From: Thermoanaerobaculia bacterium
Lineage (GTDB): Bacteria; Acidobacteriota; Thermoanaerobaculia; Multivoradales; JAGPDF01
Length of the DNA: 64,000 nucleotides
NCBI GenBank assembly: GCA_963699245.1
Contig: OY969426.1
Location: 1,326,316-1,390,315, forward strand
Direction of reading: 5' to 3'
Under the pieces are notes generated by a model that was given only the letters and a program-made list of their open reading frames with translations, made no database searches and was not told where the DNA came from. The translations under genes were made by a program, and so were the position numbers. Position 1 is the stretch's first letter. Every line of letters begins with the position of its first letter. Shown one piece after another: positions 36,964 to 51,765 of this stretch.

Positions 36964-37995
36964 TTGCGCGTCGCCGACTTCGACTTCGAGCTCCCCGCCG
37001 ATCGCATCGCCCAGTTCGCGGCGCCGCGCGGCGAGAGCCGCCTGCTGGTCGTCGACGCCGCGGGCGGCGCGCGCCATCGCCGGATCGGCGACCTGCCGGA
37101 GCTGCTGCGCCCGGGCGACCTGCTGGTCGTCAACGACACGCGCGTCCTGCCGGCGCGCCTCTTCGCCCGGCGCGCGCCCGGCGGCGGCGAGGTCGAGATC
37201 CTGCTGGTCGAGAAGACCGGCGAGACGACCTGGGACTGCCTGGCGAAGCCGGGACGCAAGGCGCGCCCCGGAACGCAGCTCGTCTTCTCGCCGGAGCTGT
37301 CGGCGGAGGTCGTCGCCAAGCGCGAGGACGGTCGCCATCGCCTCCGCTTCTCGGGCGCGGTCGAGCCCCATCTCGCAACGCTCGGCCACGTCCCGCTCCC
37401 TCCCTACGTCGACCGCCCCGACGAAGCCGCCGATCGCGAGCGCTACCAGACGCTCTTCGCGCGCGAGCCGGGAGCGATCGCCGCGCCGACCGCCGGCCTG
37501 CACTTCTCGGAGACGCTGCTCGCGGCGCTCGCCGCGCGGGGCGTCGGGCGCGCCGCCATCACCCTGCACGTCGGCATCGGCACCTTCAAGCCGGTGACCG
37601 CCGAGCTGGTGCACGAGCACCGCATGGAGCGCGAGCGCTACGCGATCTCGCCCGCCACGGCGGCGGCGATCGCGCGCGCCCGCCGCGACGGGGGACGCAT
37701 CGTCGCGGTCGGCACCACCGTGGTCCGCACGCTCGAGAGCGTCGCCGCCGAACACGAGGGCGAGGTGGTGGCGGAAACGGGCGCGACGGCGCTCTTCATC
37801 ACTCCCGGCTTCCGATTTCGCGTCGTCGATCTTCTGCTGACCAACTTCCACCTGCCGCGCTCGACGCTGCTCATGCTGGTCGCCGCTTTCGCCGGCAGGG
37901 AGCGCGTCCTCGCCGCCTACCGCGAAGCGATCGAGGCCGGCTACCGCTTCTACTCGTACGGCGACGCGATGCTGCTCGAGCGGCGGGAAAGCTGA
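36964..37995 (+). CDS. queA: S-adenosylmethionine:tRNA ribosyltransferase-isomerase
   Basis: TTG start LRVADFDFELPADRIAQFAAP… (compare E. coli MRVTDFSFELPE…); …GLHFSETLL…HVGIGTFKPV…TTVVRTLE…. Confidence 0.8.
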   Translation: MRVADFDFELPADRIAQFAAPRGESRLLVVDAAGGARHRRIGDLPELLRPGDLLVVNDTRVLPARLFARRAPGGGEVEILLVEKTGETTWDCLAKPGRKARPGTQLVFSPELSAEVVAKREDGRHRLRFSGAVEPHLATLGHVPLPPYVDRPDEAADRERYQTLFAREPGAIAAPTAGLHFSETLLAALAARGVGRAAITLHVGIGTFKPVTAELVHEHRMERERYAISPATAAAIARARRDGGRIVAVGTTVVRTLESVAAEHEGEVVAETGATALFITPGFRFRVVDLLLTNFHLPRSTLLMLVAAFAGRERVLAAYREAIEAGYRFYSYGDAMLLERRES

Positions 37996-37996
37996 G

Positions 37997-39409
37997 TCAG
38001 CGCTTCGCTGTCCGCACCAGGACGAGGCGTTCCTCGCCTTTTTCCGGCGTCGCCAGGTAGAGCAGGTCCGGAGGCCCGCCGGCGCGCGCGACCGCGCCGA
38101 GCCAGGAGACCCGCGCGGCGTTCTCGTCCTTTTCCGTTTCCTTCTTCTTCTCCTTCGCCTTCGCCGGGCGTGCCGGGCGCGGCGCGACGGCGAGCGGCGT
38201 CCGCTCGAGCGCGGCGCGGCCGCTCGCCGCGAAGCGCCTCAGCGTCACGTCCTCGTCGCCGAGCGCCGCGAGACCGGGATGGCCCGCGCCATCGGCGTCC
38301 GCGAGCAGCGCGAACTGCGACGGAGCATGATCGAGATCGCTGCGGCGCGAGCGCGGCTCGAACCGTCCTCCTCCGGCGCCGGCAAAGACCTCGACCACGA
38401 GATCGCCGCCCAGGAGTCCTTCCGGCCGCGCGATCAGGAGATCCGTGCGGCCGTCGCCGTCGCCGTCGGCGAGGAGCGCGTCGACGTCGTGCCAGCGCTT
38501 CGAGTCGACCGCCACCGCCAGCTCCGGCCGGCGTCCCGCCCGCGTGCGGTCCGGCGCCGGCAGGAAGACGCGCCAGAGCTGATCCTCGAAGGCGTTGATC
38601 TCGTCGGAGCGCTGCGTGCGCGCGACCAGCGCCGGCGCGCCGTCGACGGCGCCCAGCCAGCTCTCTTCGACCGACTCCGGGCCGGGGAGCGCGGACCAGG
38701 TCTCCGCGCGGCGCCATGGGCTCCCTTGCTCCGCCTCGAAGAGCACGACGCGCAGGCGAGCGCCGACCGCGTCGGGACCGGCGGCGTAGCGGCGGGCGCC
38801 CGACGCCGTCGCGGGGAGCCGGACGACCGGCGAACCGGCCAGGCGGAGACCGGCCTCGTTCCGTTCGACCGTGAAGGGAATCTCGAGCCGTGTCTCGAGC
38901 GTCAGACCGCCGGCGCCGTCGGGCCGCCAGATGCGCAGCGCGCCGACTTCGGCGGCGGCGATCTCGGGCTCGACGCCGGCGCGCAGGGGCGCCGGCGAGA
39001 GGGAGCGCAGGTCGAAGCCGGGATGCTCGATCAGCATCCGCTCGCCGGCCGGCCGCGCCAGCGGCCCGAGCGAGACGAGGCGACCCAGACCGCCGGCGAC
39101 GAGCTCCGTGCCGCGGCCGAGGTCGATCGCGGCGAGCGCCTTGGTCCAGCCCCCGAGTCCGTCGAGGAGCGGCACCGGCGTCGTCGTGCCGTCGGCGAGC
39201 GCCAGCAGGCGCCGCGGCCCGTCGGCGGCGTCCGCAGGACGGACCAGCAGCAGGAGCCGGCCGTCGCCGGCGGCGAGCGCCGCGACCAGGCGGCCGCCGA
39301 GGGGAATCTCGCGCCAGCCGGCGGCTGGCGGCGTCGCGCCCGCCAGCGGCCGCGCCAGGGCGATGGCGACGAGCAGCGCGGGGAGAGCCGGCGCGCCACG
39401 CCTCGTCAT
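37997..39409 (-). CDS. Secreted hypothetical protein (470 aa)
   Basis: Signal peptide MTRRGAPALPALLVAIALARPLAGA. There is no recognised domain; the C-terminus is Lys/Glu-rich. Its stop is 4 nt from the upstream gene. Confidence 0.5.
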   Translation of the reverse strand: MTRRGAPALPALLVAIALARPLAGATPPAAGWREIPLGGRLVAALAAGDGRLLLLVRPADAADGPRRLLALADGTTTPVPLLDGLGGWTKALAAIDLGRGTELVAGGLGRLVSLGPLARPAGERMLIEHPGFDLRSLSPAPLRAGVEPEIAAAEVGALRIWRPDGAGGLTLETRLEIPFTVERNEAGLRLAGSPVVRLPATASGARRYAAGPDAVGARLRVVLFEAEQGSPWRRAETWSALPGPESVEESWLGAVDGAPALVARTQRSDEINAFEDQLWRVFLPAPDRTRAGRRPELAVAVDSKRWHDVDALLADGDGDGRTDLLIARPEGLLGGDLVVEVFAGAGGGRFEPRSRRSDLDHAPSQFALLADADGAGHPGLAALGDEDVTLRRFAASGRAALERTPLAVAPRPARPAKAKEKKKETEKDENAARVSWLGAVARAGGPPDLLYLATPEKGEERLVLVRTAKR

Positions 39410-41028
39410 TTCGCCCCCCCGCCGCCGACGACGAAGTAGAGATCGAGCGTGCCGCGTCCTCCGATCGCCCCTTTCGCGGGAGGCGTGGTGACCGCCAGAT
39501 CGCTGCGGCGATCGCCGTCGAGATCGATGACGCGGACCAGCGCGAGATCCGCCGGCTCGTCGGCGAGCTCGAGCTTCGCGCTCCCCGCCTGCGGGAAGAG
39601 ACAGCCAGGCCGCCCGAATCGGACGCTCACCTCGCGGCCGCGTCCGAGCTGGAGAAAGTCCGCCCGTCCGTCGCCGTCGAAGTCTCCGCCGAACGACGAG
39701 AGCTGGCCGAGGCGCAGCCGGTCGAGGCGCAGCGTGAACTTGCCGCCGAGGTCCTGTCCCTCGACGCCGCGAAAGGAGCCGTCGGCGTTCTGGCAGTAAG
39801 GCTGGAAGTCGAGACCGAGCCGCAGCGAGCGCGCCGCGACGACGCGCAGGAGCTGGAACATCGAGAGATCGAGCCGCAGCGCCACCAGATCGACCCGGCC
39901 GTCGCCGTCGAGATCGGCGATGCCGGCCGGCAGGCCGAGCGCTTCCCCGCCGCCGCCGAAAACGTGGCCGGCGAGCTCGAAGGTGCGGCGCGGCTGGGGA
40001 TTCCAGACCAGGTCGGCCGTCAGCGCGTGCACGCGATAGCGCGCGCGGGGGGCGCGCGCTTCCTCCACGCCTTCACGCATCGACTCGTCCTTCCCGGACA
40101 GCTCCTCGCGGGTGACGAGCTCGGCGCGGCCGTCGCCGTCGAGATCGCCGAGCCAGACCACCTCGGGCTCGGCGTCGCGCGGCCGGCCGGCGAGCGGATC
40201 GATCGCCGGCGCGAAGCGCCCGCCGCCCAGGTTGCGCGCCACGCGCAGGCCGTTCAGGCCGCGCTCGTGCTCGCGGAAGACGAGCTCGGGCAGATGGTCG
40301 CCGTCGAGGTCGATCGCCTGCGGCAGCGGAAGCTGGCGCCGCGTCTCCTCGCGGTAGTGCCGCGCGTCGCCCGGCACCCGCTCCTCGAGCGCGTAGGGGA
40401 CGACCGCCGCCGGAGCCGGCGCGAGGCTCCCGCCCGCGCCGAGATGGACTTCGAGGCCCGCCTCCACCGGCAGCAGCAGGTCGCGCTCGCCGTCGGCGTC
40501 GAGGTCCGGCGTCAGCGGCAGGTCGGGCAGGAGGCTGGCGCTGCCGGCCAGCGGCGACGGCGCCGCGAGCCGGGGAGCCAGCGCGAGGGTGCCGTCGACC
40601 AGCGCCACCGCCGAGATTCCGTCGTCGGTCCAGGCGAGCAGCGGCTCGGCGGACGGCCCCGGCAGCAGCGCGTGGACGCTCTCGGGCAGCTCGAGCGTCC
40701 AGGGGGCGGCGGCGAATACGCCGCCCGGCTCGCCGCGATGGACGGCGAGGAGGCGCCGGTCGAGCAGCGCGGGGACGACCGTGAGAACGTCGACATAGGC
40801 GCCGGCGTCGTCCACGCGCTGGCTCTCGTCGACGCCGATCTCCCCCCAGTCGGTTGCCGCCAGCACGGTGACGAGATCGGCGACCCCGTCGCGGTCGACG
40901 TCGGCGGTGAAGAGAGCCGCGGGAGCGCCCGCCAGCTCGAGCCGTTGATGATGGAATTCGAGGCCCCGTGCCGGGCCCACAAGTCCCGCGGCGAGGAGGA
41001 CGAACGGTCCGAGGAGGCGGCGGAGCAC
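39406..41028 (-). CDS. Secreted FG-GAP/VCBS-repeat protein
   Basis: Signal peptide MLRRLLGPFVLLAAGLVGPARG. There are multiple D-x-D-G-D-G repeats (DVDRDGVADL, DLDGDGRAEL, DLDGDGRVDL, DFDGDGRADF, DLDGDRRSDL) typical of integrin-alpha-like beta-propeller blades. Confidence 0.7.
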   Translation of the reverse strand: MLRRLLGPFVLLAAGLVGPARGLEFHHQRLELAGAPAALFTADVDRDGVADLVTVLAATDWGEIGVDESQRVDDAGAYVDVLTVVPALLDRRLLAVHRGEPGGVFAAAPWTLELPESVHALLPGPSAEPLLAWTDDGISAVALVDGTLALAPRLAAPSPLAGSASLLPDLPLTPDLDADGERDLLLPVEAGLEVHLGAGGSLAPAPAAVVPYALEERVPGDARHYREETRRQLPLPQAIDLDGDHLPELVFREHERGLNGLRVARNLGGGRFAPAIDPLAGRPRDAEPEVVWLGDLDGDGRAELVTREELSGKDESMREGVEEARAPRARYRVHALTADLVWNPQPRRTFELAGHVFGGGGEALGLPAGIADLDGDGRVDLVALRLDLSMFQLLRVVAARSLRLGLDFQPYCQNADGSFRGVEGQDLGGKFTLRLDRLRLGQLSSFGGDFDGDGRADFLQLGRGREVSVRFGRPGCLFPQAGSAKLELADEPADLALVRVIDLDGDRRSDLAVTTPPAKGAIGGRGTLDLYFVVGGGGAK

Positions 41029-41035
41029 AGCCCTC

Positions 41036-42547
41036 TTACGATTCCGGCCCAGACTTCTTACGGCCTCGCTTCGGCGCCGGGTCTGCGGCCGGATCGTCGG
41101 CGGCCGGTTCGGGCCCGCCGCGCGGCACGAGCCCCCAATAGGCGAGCGGAATGCGGTGCGGTATGCGCTCGAGGTACGAGAGCGGCTTGCCGCTCCCTTC
41201 GGGCCAGGCGCTCATCGGAGCTCGCAGGCCGCGCTTCTCGGCCGAGCCGGTGTAGTTGAAGGCTCCCGTCGAATGCGCCACCACGCTCGCCGCGACCGAA
41301 GCCACGGCGAGCGCCGCGACTCCCAGTCTCCAGGCCGGGCCGAGACGCGCCCGCTCCTCGCGCTGGCGCCGCCAGGCGTAGGCCGCCACCCAGACCAGGA
41401 CCGGCGAGATCTCGGTCAGATAGCGATAACCGACGGTGCCGGTGCCCCACCACCACCGGACGCTGCCGTAGAGCCCCATGTACGAGGCGAGCAGGACGCC
41501 GGCGAAGAGCGCGTACGGGCGCCGCTCGCGACGGATGCCGAGCCGCAGCAGGACGATGAGGGTGACGACGAAGAACGACGACCAGATCAGCACCCCGCGC
41601 TCCGCATCGACGAGCAGCCTGCGGACTCCGACGACGAGATCGAGATTGCCCAGGTGGCGTGCCTGGCGCATGTAACCCTGCACCGCCGCGCCCCAGACGA
41701 TGCGGGTGTAGGCGAGGTAGCCGAGCGCGCCGAGCGCGCCGGTCGCGACCAGGCGCAGGAAGGCGGGGCGATGCCGCCAGAGTACGTAGAGCGTCGCCGC
41801 GCCGGCGAGCAGAGCGCTGGTGGGACGCACCCAGAAGGCCGCGACGAGGAGGAACCCCAGCAGCTCCGGCCGCCGCCGCTCGCCGTCGTCCCAGCGCAGG
41901 AGCTCGAGCATCGCCGCGGCGGTCAGCAGCACGCCCCAGGTCTGCATCCAGAGCGTCCGCGAGGCGGTGCTCCAGATCGCGGTGCCGAACCCGGCGACCA
42001 GTCCCATCACGAGCGCGTGCGGCAGCGGGAGCTCGCGCCGCGCCAGCCGGACGCAGACAACGACGGTGAGCGCCGACAGGAAGGCCGCGAGCAGGATCTG
42101 CATTCTCCGCTCGCCGTTCCGGTAGTAGCGGCCGTCCTCCGAGATCGACGACAACCCGGTCGCGTTCATCAGAGCGACCGCCGGCATCGACAGCAAGCTG
42201 GTGCCCGGCGGGTAGATGTAGACCAGCCTGCCGTGCGAGACGCGAAGTTGCCAGCTGCTGCGCGAGACCTCGCCCTGCTCCTGCAGATCTTCGTGCACGT
42301 CCTTGAGCCACGCCAGATAGCGGGAGAGATCCCAGGTCCGCTCGTGGAGCAGCACCTCGCTCGACAGCAGGGAGTACTTCGAGTCGAGCAGCATGTGCAC
42401 TGGCGAGTCGCGGAAGGCGACGAAGGCCAGAACCCCGAGCGCCAGCGTCGCCGCCCAGTCGAGCAGGACGAGCTTCGGGGGCTGGCGTGGCGCCGGTCTT
42501 CTCCGGTCGTCGTCGGCGCGAAAGGACCGCAGCAGGCGGGAGATCAT
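41036..42547 (-). CDS. Polytopic membrane protein, putative GT-C-type glycosyltransferase (ArnT/PMT-like)
   Basis: About 12 predicted hydrophobic helices; an Arg-rich cytoplasmic N-terminus and a Lys-rich C-terminal tail. The assignment is by architecture only. Confidence 0.45.
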   Translation of the reverse strand: MISRLLRSFRADDDRRRPAPRQPPKLVLLDWAATLALGVLAFVAFRDSPVHMLLDSKYSLLSSEVLLHERTWDLSRYLAWLKDVHEDLQEQGEVSRSSWQLRVSHGRLVYIYPPGTSLLSMPAVALMNATGLSSISEDGRYYRNGERRMQILLAAFLSALTVVVCVRLARRELPLPHALVMGLVAGFGTAIWSTASRTLWMQTWGVLLTAAAMLELLRWDDGERRRPELLGFLLVAAFWVRPTSALLAGAATLYVLWRHRPAFLRLVATGALGALGYLAYTRIVWGAAVQGYMRQARHLGNLDLVVGVRRLLVDAERGVLIWSSFFVVTLIVLLRLGIRRERRPYALFAGVLLASYMGLYGSVRWWWGTGTVGYRYLTEISPVLVWVAAYAWRRQREERARLGPAWRLGVAALAVASVAASVVAHSTGAFNYTGSAEKRGLRAPMSAWPEGSGKPLSYLERIPHRIPLAYWGLVPRGGPEPAADDPAADPAPKRGRKKSGPES

Positions 42548-43128
42548 GATCGTCCCCGTTGCTCCAGGTAAAGCCGCCCCGGCGGCGCCGGCACGCTCGC
42601 CAGCCGGTCGAGCAGTTCCGCCGGCGTCTCGCCGGTGAGCAGCAGCGCGCGGTGCGCGGGCCGCACGAAACCCGCCGTCACGGCGCCGTCGAGGAAAGCG
42701 ACGAGCGAGCCGAAGTAGCCCGCCACGTCGAGCAGCGCGCAGGGTTTGGCGTGCAGGCCGAGCTGCGCCCAGCTCCAGATCTCGAAGACCTCCTCCAGCG
42801 TGCCGATGCCGCCCGGCAGGGCGACGAAGGCATCCGAGAGCGTCGCCATCAGCGCCTTGCGCTCGTGCATCGACTCGACGATCCGCAGGTCGGTGACGCC
42901 CTGGTGCCCGACCTCGCGCTCGAAGAGGAAGCGCGGAATGACCCCGACGACTTCGCCGCCGCCGGCGAGCGCGGCGTCGGCGGCAATGCCCATCAGCCCG
43001 ACGCTGCCGCCGCCGTAGACCAGGCGGAGCCCGCGCCGCGCGACCTCGGCTCCGAACGCGGCGGCCGCCGCGGCGAAGGCCGGATCCGCGCCGGCGTTGG
43101 AGCCGCAGAAGAGAGCGATGGACTTCAA
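42544..43128 (-). CDS. LOG-family protein (cytokinin riboside 5'-monophosphate phosphoribohydrolase-like, TIGR00730)
   Basis: [18 protein letters not shown]…[12 protein letters not shown]…PGGIGTLEE…. Confidence 0.8.
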   Translation of the reverse strand: MKSIALFCGSNAGADPAFAAAAAAFGAEVARRGLRLVYGGGSVGLMGIAADAALAGGGEVVGVIPRFLFEREVGHQGVTDLRIVESMHERKALMATLSDAFVALPGGIGTLEEVFEIWSWAQLGLHAKPCALLDVAGYFGSLVAFLDGAVTAGFVRPAHRALLLTGETPAELLDRLASVPAPPGRLYLEQRGRS

Positions 43129-43165
43129 GGTGCCGGGCTTCCGGTCCTGGCGCCGCGGACGCGCC

Positions 43166-46074
<2,909 letters not shown>

Positions 46075-46078
46075 GCGG

Positions 46079-46462
46079 TCACTTCCCTTCCCTGGTGTAG
46101 GCCTCGTAGGCCTCGGCGTCCATCAGCTCGTCGAAGTCCGACGACGACGAGTAGCGGACCTTGACCAGCCACCCCTCGCCGTGCGGGTCCTCGTTGAGGA
46201 CCGCCGGATCGTCCTTCAGCGTCTCGTTGAGCTCGACGATCTCGCCGGCGACCGGGGTGTAGACCTCCGCCACCGCCTTGACCGACTCGATCGTGCCGAT
46301 CTCGCCGCCCGCGTCGTACATGTGCCCGACTTCGGGCAGCTCGACGAAGACCACCTCGCCCAACTCGCTCTGCGCGAATTCGGTGATGCCGAGGACGCAG
46401 ATGTCGCCCTCGAGCTTCACCCACTCGTGCTCGCGCGTGTAGCGGAACTCGCTCGGGTACAT
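46079..46462 (-). CDS. gcvH: Glycine cleavage system H protein
   Basis: [20 protein letters not shown]…[20 protein letters not shown]… (lipoyl-lysine region). It is the C-terminal part of ORF 46079..47218. Confidence 0.85.
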   Translation of the reverse strand: MYPSEFRYTREHEWVKLEGDICVLGITEFAQSELGEVVFVELPEVGHMYDAGGEIGTIESVKAVAEVYTPVAGEIVELNETLKDDPAVLNEDPHGEGWLVKVRYSSSSDFDELMDAEAYEAYTREGK

Positions 46463-46496
46463 GCCGTTCTCCTCTCGCCGCCGCGCGGCGGCTCGT

Positions 46497-47597
46497 CTAT
46501 CTGGCTCGTTTGTAGAAAGGAAGCGCTGCGACGCGTGCCGGCACGGCCTTGCCGCGCACGTCGATCTCGATCCCGGTGCCGACGGCCGCGAGCGCGGTCT
46601 CGACGTAGGCCATGCCGAGCGCCTTCTCGAAAGTCGGACTGAAGGTGCCGCTGGTGACGAAACCGGCGTCGCGCCCGCCGTGCAGGATCCGGTGCCCTTG
46701 CCGCGCGATGCCGCGCCCGGTCGACCTCGAAGCCGACCAGCCGCCGCTCGAGGCCGCTCTCGCGCGCCGCGTGGAGCGCTTCGCGGCCGACGAAATCGCC
46801 CTTGTCCATCTTGACGATCCAGTCGAGGCCGGCCTCCCAGGGCGTCGTCGTGCGGTCGATCTCGTGCCCGTAGAGCGCCATGCCCGCCTCGAGGCGCAGC
46901 GTGTCGCGCGCGCCGAGGCCGGCCGGCACCAGCCCGACCGCGGCGCCCGCCGCGAGCAGGCCGTCCCACACCCCGGCCGCATCCTGCGGCGCGAGGTAGA
47001 GCTCGAAGCCGTCTTCGCCGGTGTAGCCGGTGCGGGAGAAGATCGCCTCTCTCCCCGATCACCTTGCCGCGCGCGAAGTGGTAGTAGCGGATCGCATCGA
47101 GCGGCGTCGAGGTCAGCGGCTGGAGGATGCCGACCGCGCGCGGCCCCTGCAGGGCGACGAGCGCGTAGTCGTCCGAGACATTCTCGAGCTCGACGTCCAT
47201 GCGCGGCTGCGCCAGCACCCAGGCGAAATCCCCCTCGAGATTCGCCGGCGTTGACCACGAGCATGAACTCGTCCGCCGCCATGCGGTAGACGAGGAGGTC
47301 GTCGACGAAGGTGCCGTCGGGGGTGAGCAGCGCGCTGTAGTGGGCGCGGCCGGGGGTCAGCTTGGAGGCGTCGTTGGGAGTGAGCTGCTGCACGAAAGCG
47401 AGGGCGTTCTCGCCCCTGACCCGGAACTCGCCCATGTGGGAGACGTCGAAGAGGCCGGCCGCGGTGCGCACCGCGCGGTGCTCCTCGATCAGGCCCGTGT
47501 ACTGCACGGGCATCTCCCAGCCGCCGAACTCGACCATGCGGGCGCCGGCGGCGACGTGCCGGTCGTAGAGAGGGGTGCGACGAAGAGGCTCCGACAT
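46497..47597 (-). CDS. gcvT: Glycine cleavage system T protein (aminomethyltransferase), with several apparent frameshifts
   Basis: [33 protein letters not shown]…; middle …[36 protein letters not shown]…; C-terminal …[21 protein letters not shown]…, spread across three frames. Confidence 0.75.
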   Translation of the reverse strand: MSEPLRRTPLYDRHVAAGARMVEFGGWEMPVQYTGLIEEHRAVRTAAGLFDVSHMGEFRVRGENALAFVQQLTPNDASKLTPGRAHYSALLTPDGTFVDDLLVYRMAADEFMLVVNAGESRGGFRLGAGAAAHGRRARECLGRLRARRPAGAARGRHPPAADLDAARCDPLLPLRARQGDRGERRSSPAPATPAKTASSSTSRRRMRPGCGTACSRRAPRSGWCRPASARATRCASRRAWRSTGTRSTARRRPGRPASTGSSRWTRAISSAAKRSTRRARAASSGGWSASRSTGRGIARQGHRILHGGRDAGFVTSGTFSPTFEKALGMAYVETALAAVGTGIEIDVRGKAVPARVAALPFYKRAR

Positions 47598-47754
47598 GCG
47601 CCGGATGATATCGCGCCGTCCGCGCGGCGAGACGGCGCTCACCGTCCCGCTATGGCGCCTTCCCCCGGGAAGTTGTGAGTGGACTCACATCGCCCGCCGC
47701 GGCGTGCCGCTAGGGTCGCCCCATACCTCGCAGCACGCCGTCGGAGGGCGTCTC

Positions 47755-49568
<1,814 letters not shown>

Positions 49569-49592
49569 GCGCCGCGAGAAACGAGAGATCCC

Positions 49593-50982
49593 ATGGCCCA
49601 CTGCGACTGCCAGACCACCCGCCGCGGCTTCGTGGTCGGCTGCTCGGCCGCCATCGCCAGCCTCGCCGGCTCGCGATTCAACTCGCTCGCCTTCGCCCAG
49701 CACGCGGCACCGTCAACGACGAGATCCTCGTGGTGCTCTTCCTGCGCGGCGGCCAGGACGGCCTGAACCTCGTCGTGCCGGTCGCCGGCAACGACCGCGC
49801 CGCCTACCAGGCCCTGCGCGCCCAACCTGCAGATCCCCGCCGCGCAGCTCTCGCCCTACCGCTCGGCACGCATGGCGGGGGCCAACGGCTCGTAGCTCGG
49901 CATCCACCCCGCGGCGGCGCCGCTGCACGAGCTCTTCCAGGCCGGCAAGCTGGCTCGTCGGTCGTCGGCTGCGGCATGGCGGCGAACGAACGCAGCCACT
50001 TCGACTCGATGGACTGGATGGAGCTCGGCACGCCCGGGCGTCAATCGACCGCCACCGGCTGGCTCACCCGCCACCTGCAGTCGGCCTCGAACCTGCCCGC
50101 CGACATCCTGATGCCGTCGCTCTCGGTCGGCGGCATGCAGGCGATGTCGCTGCTCGGCAGCTACGAGACGATCAACCTGTCGAGCCCCTACGACTTCGCG
50201 CTCTACACCGGACCCTGGGCTGGCGCAGACCGACCAGCGCCAGGCGCTGCGCAATCTGGTCGAAGGGGACACCACCTGGCTGCACCAGACGAGCCTGAAG
50301 GCGCTCGACGCGGTCGACATCGTCGAGCTCTACGCGAGCGGCGACTACGTCCCGTCGGGCGGCGTCGTCTATCCGGGCACCTGGTTCGGCGACAACCTGC
50401 AGACCATCGCGCAGATGATCAAGCTCGACCTCGGCCTGCGCATCGCGACGCTCGACCTCGGCGGGTGGGACCACCACGAGAACCAGGACGCGATCTTTAC
50501 GCCTCGCTCGCCGACGAGCTCGCGCAGCGGCCTGCAGCGCCCTCTGGACGGACCTCGACGGCGCGGCGCCGTCAACTACACGCAGCAGCTGACCGTCGTG
50601 GTGATGAGCGAGTTCGGCCGCCGCGTCTGCGAGAACGCCGACCGCGGCACCGACCACGGCCACGGCAACAACATGTTCGTGCTCTCGGGCAACGCGATCG
50701 GCGGCCTGCACGGCACCTGGCCCGGGCTGGCGCCGGCGCAGCTCGACAGACGGCGACGTCGAGGTCACCACCGACTTCCGGCGGGTGCTCTCCGAGATCG
50801 TCGTCCGCCGTCTGGGCAACTCCCGCCTCGACCTCGTCTTTCCCGGCTACAGCGGCTATCAGCCACTCGGCGTGGTGCAGGGCGCCCTGGCGACCCCTCC
50901 GTCGCCGCCGCCGTCGAACCTTCTCTTCCGGGACGGCTTCGAGGGGGGCGACAGCGCCGCCTGGAGCATCTCGACGCCCTGA
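49593..50982 (+). CDS. DUF1501-family protein with a twin-arginine signal, heavily frameshifted in the assembly
   Basis: MAHCDCQTTRRGFVVGCSAAIASLAGSRF (Tat motif); …ILVVLFLRGGQDGLNLVVP…, …LDLGGWDHHENQ…, …MSEFGRRVCENADRGTDHGHGNNMFVLSG… and …VVRRLGNSRLDLVFPGY… lie in different frames. It is adjacent to the DUF1800 gene, the usual partner. Confidence 0.55.
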
Positions 50983-50985
50983 GCG

Positions 50986-51699
50986 TCAGGGCTTGCCGTC
51001 GGGGAGGACCAGCCCGACCGGCGGCAGGCTCTCGCCGCCGGCGTCGAGCAGGTCGATGACATCGGCCTGACGGCGCAGCTCGGCGGTCCAGCGGTCGATC
51101 TCGCTGTCGAGGCGCTCCTCGCGCAACACGGCGCGGATCGACTCGCGGATCTCGTCGATCGGCGGCACCGGCTCGCCGGCGGCCTCGAGCTTCGGCACCA
51201 GGACCTCGTCGTAGTACTTGCGGATCTCCTCGATGCCGACGAAGACGCGCGGCCCGAGACGCTGCTCGACGTAGGCGAGCACCGAGAGCTGACGCGCCAG
51301 GATCTGGCGCACCTCGGCCTCCGTCGAGCCCGAGCCGGGCCAGCTCGGCCTGCCAGGCGCGCTCGTCGGCGAAGCGCGAGCGCAGCCGCTCGAGCTGGCG
51401 GTCGACCTCCTCGAGCGGCGCGTCCTCGAAGCCGAAGCGGGCGATCTCGTGCAGCCGCAGCTTCTGTTCGATCAGGGCGTCGAGCGCCCGCCGCTCGAGC
51501 GCGGCGTCCTCCTCGCCGGGCTGGCGCGGCACGAGGCCGAGGCCGATCGCGCGCTCGAGGTCCGAGAGCAGGATCGGATCCTCGTCGACCACCGCCACGA
51601 CGCGGTCGACCAGCGTCGTCTTGCGACCGGCTCGGTGGCCGCCACGGCAGGAGCGACGGCCAGTCCGACGAGGAGCAGGATCAGGGCGCGGCGCCGCAT
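50986..51699 (-). CDS. Periplasmic SurA-N-domain-like chaperone, frameshifted
   Basis: Signal peptide MRRRALILLLVGLAVAPAVAA, then …VDRVVAVVDEDPILLSDLERAIGLGL… and …VRQILARQLSVLAYVEQRLGPRVF…EIRKYYDE… in two further frames. Confidence 0.5.
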
Positions 51700-51765
51700 C
51701 GTCGCCGCATTGTACGGCCCCGATCGCCGCCGGCGGCGGCGGCGCCGGTGCTACCATCCGCCCCG

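Noticed and set aside
35157-37319. 720-aa minus-strand ORF
   Set aside because: Antisense to the dppB, dppC and queA genes, with Arg/Ala/Ser low complexity.
50765-51757. 330-aa minus-strand ORF read as a single protein
   Set aside because: Only short segments are real, namely the surA-like gene fragments. The rest is out-of-frame read-through between frameshift sites.
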